64,000 nt of DNA from Podarcis vaucheri (Eukaryota), in NCBI GenBank assembly GCA_965113315.1, contig OZ220368.1; one strand, 5' to 3'. Below are positions 38,487 through 50,828 of the stretch, piece after piece (position 1 is the first letter of the stretch; each line of letters starts with the position of its first letter). The notes beneath the pieces were generated by a model. It ran no database searches. It was not told the origin of the DNA and saw nothing but the letters and a program-made list of their open reading frames with translations. The position numbers and the translations under genes are program-made.

Positions 38487-38654
38487 CTATGCATACATTT
38501 TCATCGTCCAGTTTTGCCGCAGCATTTCTGTAGTAGCCCAGCCTGCACAACTCACAGTGCTGCCCTCTAGTGTTGTGTTTACAGCTCACACAAATGAATG
38601 CACTGAGCAGATCGATGTAACTGCACCGGTTGGAGTGGCCGAAGCATTCACAGT
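38487..38654 (-). CDS. NTNG1: Netrin-G1 laminin-type EGF (LE) exon (exon 8 equivalent), 168 nt, phase 1-1
   Basis: ttcttccttgcaag|ACTGTGAATGC...TGCATAG|gtcagt, encoding [56 protein letters not shown]. Eight-Cys LE pattern; CELCRLG is NTNG1-type. Confidence 0.96.
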
Positions 38655-39569
38655 CTTGCAAGGAAGAACAAAAATGTACACAAAAGGGTATTCTGCAGCA
38701 GTTATAGCAATTCACATGCTCTTTTAAAAAAATATTAATGAAGCATGAATAGATTATGAATGAACAGCAGCACAACATGTTAATTAACGTTACAGTAGCG
38801 TACATAGACAACCACAGATGTCTGACTGTATGAAGGTGGTATCTCTTTTCAGGCAGGTTAGAATGATTAGACATCCATTACATAGCACTGAGAGTAGTAT
38901 TATAATCTGTAGGTCTAATGGAGCAGAAGCATTTGCAGCTGTAAACCTTTCATGGGTTTTGTGGGATGGCTTTTGCACAATGTGCAATCATAGCCTCCTT
39001 TAAAAAAAATAAATAAATACAAAAACCCTGGTGATTTTGCTAGAAGCTGAATGCATTATTGGGAATTTCTCATGATACATGTTGAAGGCTAAATGCACTT
39101 TTTTGGGTGGATAGGCTTGCCCTCCCCCTGATGGACCACATTTGCAGCTTTGCTGTGCTTATTAGTCCACCTTTGCCTCTGGTGGCCCATGTGGCCTCCA
39201 CAGGTTGGAGTGCCCTCTGCCGCAGCTGACATGTTTCAGCTATGACCCCTTCTGACAGACATGGCCTAGTCCTAGTAATCCATTCTCTTGTAACCTCTTG
39301 GTTAGATTGCTTTGTGGCATTTTATAAGAGGCGGCCTTTGATTGTCTTTAGTTAGTTCAAGATACAGTTACTAAGATGATGAGAATGGGCATTGGGTTCA
39401 TACCTCATCAGTGCTTACATAGCTGCACTGGCTCCCAATCAATTTCTAGTTCATTTCAAAGGATTAGTGAATTGAGCCGTGCATGACTTAAGTCTCGGGT
39501 ACCTGAAGCTCACCTGACTCTACTTCAGCCTGCACATACATTAAGGTAGTTTTCAGAGACTTTCCCTTA

Positions 39570-39871
39570 GGTATTCCACCATCTGAGGTGAGAAGGGTCT
39601 TTTTGGTGGTGATGCACCAGTTATGGAATGTTCTCCTTGTGGAGATTTGTTGGGCACTGACTCTGCTATCTTTCTGGCAATAGATGAAATCATTTTCATT
39701 TCCCCAGGCCTTTAAAACCATATTCATCCCTGGAGAATCTGATTTTATGCTATGCTTATATGAATTTTTAATTGTCTTTAGTTTTTTATTGTTTCTATTT
39801 TGTTTATATAATTGTATATCTGCCCTGGAGAATTCTTAGAAGGATGAGATAGAAATCCTTAAATAAATAAA
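39570..39871 (+). mobile_element. L2-like LINE 3' fragment
   Basis: agggtctttttggtggtgatgcaccagttatggaatgttctcc...caggcctttaa followed by an aaataaataaa tail. Confidence 0.65.
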
Positions 39872-40594
39872 ACAAACATGTGTGGTATAAGTGGCGTTGC
39901 CACTTGGAATGTGAATGACTTTTATTTCCACCTTAATGTGTGGTGCCTCCCATCACATGTTCACTGACTGTTCCCCTCAAAATGCCCATCATGAATCGGG
40001 ATGAATGGAACTGAGGGGATACTGATTGAAGATGTTTGACAGCTAAAGAAGGAAGTGGATGCTTGATGTACATGCAACTGCCTGTTTTGGTAAACCTTGT
40101 GCCCTGGAGTATCATGGAGACTTATTTCCTTCAATAGACCAGGTTCCGGGTGCATGAAAGTAAAAATTCAACATGTGAACTAACTCTTTAGCTATGGAGA
40201 AGTCAAGGAAAATGCAAGATAGAAATCTGTCACTGGGACAAGGCATTCAAATGACAGGTATCACCTCTTGCTGATACAAAAATGTAGCCCAATGCCTTCA
40301 TATTTATGTCTCTGCTGCGTTGGACCAAAATCTTATGCTTGCTAGTTACTAGCTGCAACATTTTCCTCTTTCTTGTTTTAGTATAGAATTCTGACAGCTC
40401 TGCGATAACTCCCATATTTTATTTCAAATTAAGTGTTAGTTAGAATTACCAGTCTACATTTAAATAGCTAGATGAAGCCATTCTCTTATCATACTATATT
40501 AGGCAAGAATGCTGCATTTGCACAGTCAGCTTATCACATGAAATGGCTATACAAACAATGCAAGAGAGTCGGAACTCTCTTATTAAGTGCTTAT

Positions 40595-40784
40595 GGGGAA
40601 GAGCAATAGCTCAGCGATAGCTTTGTATGAAGAAGATCCCAGGTTCAATCCCTGCCATCTCCAGGTAGGGCTGGGAGAGAACCCTGTCTGAAGTTGAGGC
40701 ACTGCAGCTAGTCAGCAAAGACAAGACTGAACTCATTGGACTAACGGTCTGACTTGGTTTATGGCAGCTTCCTAGGTTCCTATG
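40595..40784 (+). mobile_element. Squam2-like tRNA-derived SINE
   Basis: tagctcag (box A), ggttcaatccc (box B), body catctccaggtagggctgggagaga and tail ggcagcttcctaggttcctatg. Confidence 0.75.
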
Positions 40785-40799
40785 AGGCACTTTAGCAGT

Positions 40800-41170
40800 T
40801 GAAATATACTCAGAGTCGCAAAGTGATTTCATGCTCTTTATTCAGCTCATAGTGGTGAGGAGGAAATGAATGAATGTCCCCTCAAAGTATCTGCTTTATA
40901 TACATTATTTACACAATGGGCTGCACATGATTGACTAATTCCGGAATTCTACTGTAAGCCAATCAGGTTGTGGATTCACTTCTATCTGGAGCATGATTGG
41001 GTGGTTCCTGCCAACCAACCATACTGCTGCATTGTTCTAGGACCAATCAGACTGCTGCATTCTGAATCCTATTGTTCTAAGACCAATCAGACTGCTGCAT
41101 TTTGGATCCTATTGTTCTAGGACCAATCAGACTGCTGCAGTTTGGATCCTATTCAACTCAGTACATAACA
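40800..41170 (-). mobile_element. Solo LTR, sense to NTNG1
   Basis: Minus strand TGTTATG...TATTTCA (TG...CA), with three 40-bp repeats, then TATATAAA (40895-40902), then AATAAA (40837-40842), in U3-R-U5 order. TSD is not clean. Confidence 0.78.
41031..41150. repeat. 3 x 40-bp tandem repeat with CCAAT boxes inside the LTR
   Basis: Units attgttctaRgaccaatcagactgctgcaKtYtgRatcct start at 41031, 41071 and 41111. Confidence 0.95.
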
Positions 41171-41179
41171 CCAGCAGTG

Positions 41180-41211
41180 ACAGGCATATTAAGCAACAGG
41201 CATATTAAGCA
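41180..41211. repeat. 16-bp perfect tandem duplication
   Basis: acaggcatattaagca x2. Confidence 0.9.
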
Positions 41212-43293
41212 ACGTCACTGGGTTAGCAGCTGATTCACCTGACTGAATGACCCTGGCCATCTTGGAGAGAACTTCTGGATACTGATTGTAATCAAGATGG
41301 GAGACTTGTAACAGTGAAGGGGGAAAAAACAGAATGGAACCGAACCCAAGGCAACTTTCCCCAACCACATTAGCCTGGAACTTCCTGGAAGGAAAAAAAT
41401 AGTTTTTCATCAATTATTCAATTTCTTAATTGAAGCTTTATAAAGAAGAGCTGTCCTTCCAGCTATGCTTTGAGCAGTTGTTGTCTTGAATTATTTTATT
41501 TTTTTAATACAGTGAGCCCCTCTTAGCTATTGAGTCCTGTCTGATGACTATCCTCAACCGGACACGGAATTAATGCATGTAATAAAGGCGGAGGAGTTTT
41601 CCATGACAGACCTCTTTCCCTTTGTGAATTTAAGAGAGTCATTTAGGAGGAAAACACTGGATTGTTAAGTACGAACTCAATTGCTAATTAATGGCCGTGA
41701 TCTTTGAAATGGCAAAGCTGCTCAGCAAATTATAATGTTGCCTCCTGTCGCCTACTCTGCCTCTTTATTACTGACTCTGACTTTTCAAGCACATGACTAA
41801 GAGTATTTTGGACATGCTGAAGAAGAATAAAGCCCTTCTGACGCACATTCACGCTTTCACTTCAGGTTCACAGTATTGGTTTCTCTCACCACAAGAGGAT
41901 CTTTCATGGGAAACCTCACCAACATAAAGTAGAGTTGTCTGCACATCAGGTTGGCCATGCCATGCATCTTTTACCTATCAAAGCCAGCCTTCTCTTAAGC
42001 AAAAATGACAATGCAGTCCTACAAGGACAGGCACTTTAGAACCCTGACACCGGACATATTCCTTTAACTACCAAATCAGAGCAGTATGGGTAGGACCTAG
42101 CAAAGCCAAAGGAAAGGGGCTCTTTTGACATTCAGGTAACGTATGATGGAGAAATAAAGGAATACTGTAATTGACAGCACAGGTCTCTCAGCCCTAAGGT
42201 TTCTAGCTAAAACAGGTAACATGTCCCTTTTAGAGTCCCAAAGCAAAATGTAAGTGAACAGGTGTTGTTTCTTTCCTCACTGTAACGTTAAGCATACCTG
42301 TGGAGCTTGGGCTATTGTCCAAGCTCTTAAAGAGATACATTGTCCAGAAAAGAATACACCTGCCCTATTTTAACCTCAAATTAAATGCACAATATACTTT
42401 CATGCTCATTTCTCCAATATCCATGGGATCTGGCTTTTGTTACAATAGCGCAATTTCCTGTCATTCTGGCATGATTCACACTAAACCCATACAGGCCAAA
42501 CCCATTGGCCAAACTCTAAGCCCATATTGCAAATAATTTCCACCACTCAGCAAACCAACAACAATATGTTGCATAATTTTAAATTGAGAGGTAGTTAAAA
42601 GTTGTTGTTTTCAAAGAGTAGGTACTAAAAATTTCCATAGTGCTTGGAATATCTAAAATAGCATAGCAGTCATTACAAGTGACAACCACCACTATACAAC
42701 CTCTGTTACTATAAGGCATGAATAATGTGAATTCTTTTTTAAAAATGGAAGTGATGCTACCATTGTAACTGCATCACCAAAATAAACAGTTTGGGCACAA
42801 TCTAGCCAATGTGAAGCATGAAACAAGTTCTATTGATTTCAGCCAGTTAGATTTACAGAGAAATCCTATGCATGTTTATTCAGAAGTAATTCCCATGTTC
42901 ATTCAGAATTAATTCCCACTGTGTTCCTTGCTTATATTCCAGGCAAGTCTCCCACTGAAATGAATGGGACCTAAAAGTATTTTATGGCTGGATTGTGTCC
43001 TTTGGATTCAAAGAACATGTCTTGAAATAATCAAGCTGTGTTTGGATGTAGGCTGAGGGAAAAACAATTAAACTTCCTTTGTAATTGGTTGACATACAAA
43101 TAACATTTACATAATTACAGCAAAAAACATATCATGCGGGGAGAAAAGAATAGTTCCACTATGATAACCGGCCGGTGGGGGGTGGGGTGGGTGTTATATT
43201 TAAATCAGGAACTGGAGATAGCGAAAATATCACAGTCCAGCTCTATAGTTCTTAGCAGCTGACAACTTACAAAACCTGCTGTGCTAGGGCAGT

Positions 43294-43660
43294 AAGGTAA
43301 AAAGAAGAAGAGTAACTGACCCTTGGATGGTTAAGTCCAGCCAAAGGCAACTATGGGGTGTGGTGCTCATCTCGCTTCATGCTGAGGGAGACGGCGTTTG
43401 TTCACAGACAGCTTTTTGGGTCATGTGGCCAGCATGACTAAATCACTTCTTCTGGTGCAACAGAACACCATCCCAGAAGCCAGAGTGCATGGAAAAGCCG
43501 TTTACCTTTCCTTGCACTGGTATGCTTTCAAACTGCTAGGTTGGCAGGAACTGGGACACAGAAACAGCAGCTCACCCCGTTCCGCAGATTCAAACTGCTG
43601 ACCTTCCGATCAGCAAGCCCAAGAGGCTCAGTGGTTTAGACCACAGCACCACCTGCATCC
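43294..43660 (-). mobile_element. Sauria SINE, older and diverged copy
   Basis: Shares gggtcatgtggccagcatgac, gccgtttacct and tgctttcaaactgctaggttggcagg with the young copies; CpGs are decayed. Confidence 0.85.
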
Positions 43661-46227
43661 TTGCTAGGCCAGTAGCAGGTAAGGACCTCATTTTACTATT
43701 GTTCAAGAGAAGCTCTGGAACAACAGAGATGTGCCATGAAAGGGGCTTTGGGTGCATGGAAGAAACAGTGAAGAGGGAGGCTGCCGTCAGCCACTTCAAA
43801 TACCATCTACAGCTGTTTCTGAAATGGCCTTAGGGGAATGGGAACAACTGTTCCCCCAGTTACCAAAAGAGGTGATGCTCTTTGTGGAAGAGAACCAAGT
43901 TGTTGGTTTTTCCCATGTGACTGGGAATTCCTGATGTTGCTGGAATAGCATGTCTACAGGTAATGGTAGAGCTCTGTCACCCTACTCCGGATACAAAATA
44001 GATAAAAACAAACAGTTGAAAGGCATAAACTTCTTTTATCTGCTCAGTTTCTGTAGCACTGAGCTAGAAATGAGACAAATGAATTGGCCATCCATGCAAC
44101 CAAGGAAATTTTGTGGACTTGTCTTTATACAAGCAAATGTCATTATTCTGTAGGTAAATCTCGATATAATTTTAATTTCTTAGAATATAGAACCTTCTGA
44201 AAACCTTTATACACCTATAATTATATGGCTTGTTGGTATGTCTGATTCAACTTATTATTATTTCACAACTTTATCTGTAAACTTACAATCCCACTCCCCA
44301 GTCTGTTGACACCTAGAAGAGGCCACCATTTATATCTCCCAGCATTCTGATACACAGCACAGTGCCAGAAGACACAAAAGACACTCCCCCCCCATACCCA
44401 CTTTGGTGCTGCCTCTTTCAGCAACCTGGTGGTGGTAACTAGGGGTGTGAACAACCACAGAAGAATTCCAAGGAAAATAGATGGTTCCCCCCACTTGGGA
44501 TGTGCCAGATTTTAACCCCATCCTCCATATTTGTCCCTGAGTTTTCTGCTCAGCTTTTCTCACTAGCTTTTTGATTCAGTTTGTTGTACTATTACAGACA
44601 AAAAATGGTGTGTTAATTCCACTTTTCCTTCCAGCAATCCATTGCGGGGGAGTGGAACTTGGGATTTTCAATTTCAAAACAGCAGAAGGGAGAGGGATGT
44701 GAGAGTTCCAAAATGTTGTGCAGTGCCTCTGGTCCACTTGCCCCACTTTGCAAAAACAGACTATGGTCCACACTTCCCAAAGGGTTACACTTTACTAAGT
44801 TACAGGTGCAATAAATCCCTTGCAATATTGTTCCTCCTTTCCTCTCTTTTAATACTTTGTTATTCCTATAGAAGAACCACCTCTTCTGTTTTCGGTTGCA
44901 CTTAGCAGCTGAAGCAGCAATGGAGGGCTTGAAAATGCTCAATGGAAGGAAATCCCCCAAAACGAACATTTCCATTTGTTACTACCATGGTAGTAACATT
45001 ATCCTATGATGATAAAAAAAACATTTTAAAACCACTGTCCCCACGCTATATCAAACTTTCTTATTCTTCTCTTGTACAATATAAATATGGAAACAAATAT
45101 ATTTTTCATTATCAAATTACAATTTCTACATTAGAAATAATCTACTCCAGGTTCATGGTGTGGGTCATTTATCCATCCCCTGGGGCAAAACAAAGGTCAA
45201 GGGTTGTTGTTGTTGTTTTAAATCAGCCCATATGCCTTGGCAACTCTCATCCCATGACTAAGGACATATTGAGAACAATAGCTTGGCTTACACAAATATT
45301 GCAATGTGTTGTTCACATGCTTAAACAAATAAAATTGAGAAGTGAAAAATAGCAAAAATAGTTCTGGTCTATAAATGACAGATGCTCAGCTGGGACAGAC
45401 TGTCTGGGAGCTGTCAAGGCAATTGTGCTATGCTTTTAAAATGTCAATATAATTCCATTATTTTGATAAAATATTGAAACCATATCAGGGCACATGGAAT
45501 CCAATGGATGCAGCCGGTTCACCAGGAAGTTCAAGGCTAGAATTTCCACCAAATTTTGCTTAAAGCAAAATTCAAGGAAAAAATACACGATTCTGCTTAA
45601 GCAAAACAACCAAGGATGCTCAAGCAACTTCCCAAAAAGATGAGTGCAGTTTATTGTGTGTGTGGTACAATACTGCTCACATCAGTTAAACTCCACTGAA
45701 AAGAAATGTGGCTACCAAAAAAATGCTGCAACTATTCATTTCAATGTACTTTGTGTGAGAATAATTTTTAGTGGACTGAACCCCATGTTTCCATAAAAGG
45801 TGTGAGAAAGTTTCACTGTGGGGTGGTGGTCGGGGAATGGATGTTATATATTGGCTATAACATTCAAGTGCAACTGAACAGTTCCACAAGGACTTTTAAC
45901 TGCACTCTCTTCTCTCTCAAACCCTTCAATCGGTTCAGGGGTTCCTCTAACTCTCCAGAGCAGATTTAGGGGTTGTGTGGAGAGATGGGAAGGTGGTGAA
46001 GTTCTACTGTGCAGTTAAAAGTCCTTGTAGTAGTGGAACTGCTTAGCTGGCTACTGCCCAATGATTGCTTTGTTTATCAAAGGCATATAATGGAATCAAT
46101 TCTGCATGATTCACTTGCCTGTACTTTACTGGATTATAGTTTCTCATTTACTGTATCAAATTAGTAACACAATCTAGAGGACATCCCTCCCCCAACTTCT
46201 GTCAAAAATATGGCTGCTGTGATTTTA

Positions 46228-46228
<1 letters not shown>

Positions 46229-46264
<36 letters not shown>

Positions 46265-46279
46265 ATATATATATATATA
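46229..46279. repeat. (TG)n(TA)n microsatellite
   Basis: Directly visible. Confidence 0.95.
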
Positions 46280-46517
46280 GGCTGCTCATCAGTAATATAT
46301 CCCTGGTGGCTTACAAACATGACACAGCCTAGGAATCATTTTTATGTGACCCTTTTGTGGTTCATGTCCTTAGCAATGCTTAATTCTTTCATTTGTGCTC
46401 ACTAATGGGATGATACTAGACATCACATCACAGTTATTCCAGATTCATACAGTGCAATCTGTTACACAACACAGGACAAACGCTAGGAAACCACTGTATG
46501 AATGCAAGAATTCCTAC

Positions 46518-46577
46518 CTCTTTTGTGGTTTGCAACTTGAACAGAAGAAACAGTAGACAAAGCTAATTTTGGAGCAA
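46518..46577 (-). CDS. NTNG1: Netrin-G1 alternative exon (mammalian exon 7 equivalent, 'unknown domain' part 2), 60 nt, phase 1-1
   Basis: Minus strand reads aacctatctag|TTGCTCCAAAA...CACAAAAGAG|gtagga and translates to VAPKLALSTVSSVQVANHKR, the same as the recalled human peptide. Confidence 0.93.
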
Positions 46578-46920
46578 CTAGATAGGTTTAAAAAATGAAG
46601 AGTAGATTAGGAAATTGTTATATAGGCACAAGTTTAAAAAACCAAACAGAACCTAAGATGAATTTGTTGCAGCCCTATATAAACTTACATGGGAGTAAAA
46701 TTTTGAACTAAATGGGAGTTTCTTTTGCATAGACATGTACAGGATTGCACTATTGGTAATACTGGATGTGGATATTTATGTATGATATATTTGTAAAATA
46801 AAACAGGTTTATCTCAGGAGTTAGGTATTGTGGCTATGAAGCTTAAACAGGTGACCTCAGAGAACCCTCACTACTAAATATAAATATAACATAATTTAAT
46901 TTAATTTAATTAAAACCCTG

Positions 46921-46922
<2 letters not shown>

Positions 46923-46955
<33 letters not shown>
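46923..46955. repeat. (AC)n microsatellite
   Basis: About 16 units. Confidence 0.95.
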
Positions 46956-46959
<4 letters not shown>

Positions 46960-47141
46960 CTTGTTGGGATTTCTCAGTTCCTTTTTCATAACATAACTTC
47001 TGCTGTACTTCCATGCCCTGATCAAGAGATATTCAATAACTTACTTTGCCAAACCTTTATTAGGCATTACAAATATAGCCCATCATAAAACATTCATATA
47101 TAATTTATTTAAAAATATATACAAATAAACAGCCATGTAAA

Positions 47142-47232
47142 CATAGCTGTCAACGTTTCCCTTTTTAAAAGGCAAATTCTCTTATTCCGAATAGGATTTT
47201 CCCTTAAAAAAAGGGAAAAGTTGACAGCTATG
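47142..47232. mobile_element. 91-bp palindromic hAT-type MITE
   Basis: Perfect 13-bp TIR CATAGCTGTCAAC, near-palindromic body, perfect 8-bp TSD catgtaaa (47134-47141, 47233-47240). Confidence 0.92.
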
Positions 47233-47579
47233 CATGTAAAAATATGTAATGTGGATTTTCACTGGAGTTTCTTTCCACTAAATAGTGCCATTCACCAGTC
47301 TGAGAAATACTATTGATAAAAACTCAGCCACTGTTGCAGTTAGATATTCAGTAACAGGAATCTGCACATGGATTGACAACCTGCAATACAACAGGCTGGG
47401 GGGAGGGGGATCTAAGACCCCTAACTGTAGTGTTACAAATGTGTATGTGAGATGCTTGTACATCAAATATAAGTGGTCTAAAATGTAATCAGTGCTACAC
47501 GTTCAGATGGCAACAGATCTATTGGTAGTGGAGGGGTATGGGGCTAATTCAGTCAGATGTCTCCTCCTTCCTGCTAAAC

Positions 47580-47714
47580 CGGGGTTTCTGAAATTTCGGT
47601 CTCCAGCTGTTTTTGGACTACAATTCCCATCATCCCCTACCACTGGTCTTGCCAGCTAGGGATGATGGGAGTTGTAGTCCAAAACAGCTGGAGACCAAAG
47701 TTTGTGGAACCCTG
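47580..47714. mobile_element. Hairpin hAT-type MITE
   Basis: Inverted arms; 8-bp TSD tgctaaac / tggtaaac (7/8). Confidence 0.87.
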
Positions 47715-47761
47715 TGGTAAACAAGCGATCAGGGCTGCCAGCTTCAACAGTATTGGCCATC

Positions 47762-47768
47762 TGTGTGC

Positions 47769-47803
<35 letters not shown>
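47762..47803. repeat. (TG)n(AG)n microsatellite
   Basis: Directly visible. Further (TG)n tracts at 48741-48763 and 49752-49776. Confidence 0.9.
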
Positions 47804-49455
47804 TGCTTATTACACGCTTTTTTAGTTGTTTGATGCTTAGACCGTCCTACTTTATCATAAGCAATTGTAATTGTAACTGTTGCTTTCTGACAAACTGCTA
47901 ATGGGCTGAGCTAGTCACACAACCATTTGCAAACTATTCCCTATATGAGAAGGATAGTTCTGTTCCCATTTTACATCATTACCTGAGCATCATAGCTGAT
48001 GCTTGACCTCAGTGCTTAATGCTGCGTTGCTCAAGATTCAGTGGGAAGTTACGTTGAAACCAAAGACCCTTTGCAATTAATTTGTTAAATAACAAAATCC
48101 ATTAGAAATGCTAAGTGAATCTTAATTCACTCAGTGCCATCAATAGTCAATTGCTTGAGAAATACAAAATAAATAATGTGCTCTCAAATTCAGTGTCAAT
48201 CTTGATGGAGAGCTGTAGCGGACAGATCGGTTACTGTAACCTCTTCAAGGGACATTTGAAGAAACTTGTAAAATATAATATGGATTCCATGATTAAGGCA
48301 ATTCTAGCTGTTAGTAATGTATGTATCTAGGGCAGGCTCAATTTCATCACTATGATCAAGGGCTAGGACTGCATTCATTCCAATCTAGCTCTCCAACAAA
48401 TTGCTAATACATTTTGTTTTAGCTTAGAAGCTATTTCCTGGATCCTCTTTTGCTCATTTCCTCCTCCATCTGTATTCATTAGAGTTTAAAAGGAACATCC
48501 TGTGTATAACGATGGCAAGCTGTAGACCAATATTATTTGCTTTTAAAGAGGGAAAACAAGATAATTCCATGTGATATAATGAACGCATTTACACCTGACT
48601 GAATGAATTTGCTGCATAAAAGCTCTGTAGGAGAACAAATGTTTAAAATGATAGCATTTTAACTATATATGTTCTTTATTGTCTTTTTTTAAAAAAACCT
48701 TACTCCCAGAATAATCATCAGGCCACAGTCTGACAGTAATTGTGTGTGTGTGTGTGTGTGTGTGAAAATATCACTGGAATTCAGATGTGAAACTAGTGCA
48801 CTAGGGATTTCAGAAAGAAATATTGCTGTCAGTGCTAGTGGAAATGTAATACTTTAAGCACACAAAAAAGGATACGGGATATGGGAATCAACCTACAGTG
48901 TGATTTGACCTTTTGCGGGGGGGGGGGGATGGAGAAGAGAAAACCCCAGCTTTTTGAACATGCTGCATTGTTCAAAGAAATTCCCTGAGAATACTGTTGC
49001 TACCACCACCATAAGTCTGTCTCAATGCAGCCTCAGCTCTGAATACCAACCGAAATAACATTCATTTCAATTAAGAAAACAAAGCAGAAGAGAGAGACAT
49101 TAAGAAATGATTTGATGGAGACAAAAGAAATCTCTGGCACTCAAAATTTCTCAAAACTTATTTATCATGCAAACCTTGATGCCTATACAATTCCAGTCTT
49201 CTCCAGGGACTCATATTCAATTTAAGCTATAAAAGTGCTTATAACTTTGGTGAGGAAGATCTGTACACATTATATAAAGCCTTTTCATGTAAGAGTCATT
49301 TTTTATGATAATTCCCAGTAGTTGTTTTTGGACAGTATACTTTTTTATTAGTCCCAAGAGAGGAAAAAAAATGTGTTTTGTCCTTTTTGCCATCATCTCA
49401 GATTCTATGAAAGCAGTTAAAAGTATAGACCAGTAGGAATTTTACAGAATCCTAC

Positions 49456-49521
49456 CTTGATTTGGGTTAGAAACCCCAAGGGAAGATATATTCGGCCATA
49501 TCCTATCAAACTTTGGAGGAG
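49456..49521 (-). CDS. NTNG1: Netrin-G1 alternative exon (mammalian exon 6 equivalent, 'unknown domain' part 1), 66 nt, phase 1-1
   Basis: Minus strand reads tttttcctgatatatgcag|CTCCTCCAAAG...AATCAAG|gtagga and translates to xPPKFDRIWPNISSLGVSNPNQ. This matches the recalled human peptide NPPKFNRIWPNISSLEVSNPKQ. Length is a multiple of 3. Confidence 0.93.
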
Positions 49522-50828
49522 CTGCATATATCAGGAAAAATCAGGATTTGTTATTTACATCTGCTGATAGATATTTTTTATTTGTTTTATTTCTAAACAG
49601 ACGTGTATGGAGAAAAACATAAAGCACAAACATCCATTACTGGACTTTGTCAATGACACACTTGGACAATACATCAAGGCCACATTGAACAAGAACAAGC
49701 AATTGATGATTCCCAAAACATTGAATGGACATTTACATCTTTTGTGTGCACGTGTGTGTGTGTGTGTGTGTGTGTGACATTTCAGCTTTTATAATGTAAC
49801 ATTACCAATTTTGATGTTAAAATATGTATTACAGGAAGGGACACTGGATAACAGGACCTCTCTAATAACTAGGTTCTATGGGGTAAGGCTAGAAACTCAT
49901 CTGTCAAGGATGATGTTTAGGGATGGTAGATGGGGCAGTGGAGAGGAGAGGATAGGCTCTGCTCTTTGATTTGTGCCATGTTTGATGATTCCTCGGGAAC
50001 ACTTATATCTCTGGGTAACTTGCTAGTTGCACACATTAAATGATATTGTTATAAACAATTACATGGGTGAACATACTAGGCATACATGCCAAAGACGCCA
50101 GTCCAAAGAAAGATGACTTTGACTAACGTTGATAACACTGCTACTTATTATTTGGCATATAAACAACACATCTGTGATGATGGCCCATTCATTGTTCTAG
50201 TCATCCAAGTGATGAATTAACACATGTGGACCAGTCTTAACTAGAACCCTACAAACATACACTTCCATTTTGCCTGCAACCACACCTAGTAGTGAAGCAA
50301 ATAAACAAATTATCAACACTTCCTATTTAAAGCCATACTCTAAATATAAAATCAGAATATGAGCCTAGGATAGCAAAGGCATTTTACATAATTTTTGGTC
50401 CTCCGTGCTCTTGGAAGCTAGAGAAAGCCAGGTTTTCAAAAATTATAGCAAAAGATTTAAAAATAAGTAGACTGGGGTTTCTAGAGAGAATGAATACACT
50501 TGATTTCTTATAATATCCAGTGAACTATATATGTAGAAAGCAACTAAAGGGAAAAAAAATACTTATGTGATAGCAGAAATAATCACTAAGTTTCTACGAA
50601 CTTCTTGATCACTGTTTTGCTTTCTGATGAGAATTATCAAAGGATTTTTTTCCGCATTGCCCTGGCAGAATTAGAAAATATGTCCTCCACAGCTGTTCTT
50701 TAGCTGCAGTAGTGTGTCTGTCTTTCTTCATTAAAACATTCCCATTATGTGTCTTATTTCACTCATGCTAATGACAACAAAAATCACAGGAAAGAAGCAC
50801 CAATGAAATAAAATTTTGCTTAACGGGA

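Noticed and set aside
6483-38874. ORFs 6483-6857, 29368-29571 and 38422-38874 as stand-alone genes
   Set aside because: Each is an NTNG1 exon plus intronic read-through. Splice sites bound the Cys-rich parts exactly and the phases join.
41031-41150. 40-bp repeats as a CRISPR-like array
   Set aside because: Head-to-tail units with no unique spacers, inside an LTR in a vertebrate intron.
6483-49521. Assignment to NTNG2 or a laminin
   Set aside because: CELCRLG, NVCDNEL..HNNVRC.CPAAYTG, the two short alternative exons and the GPI tail fit NTNG1.
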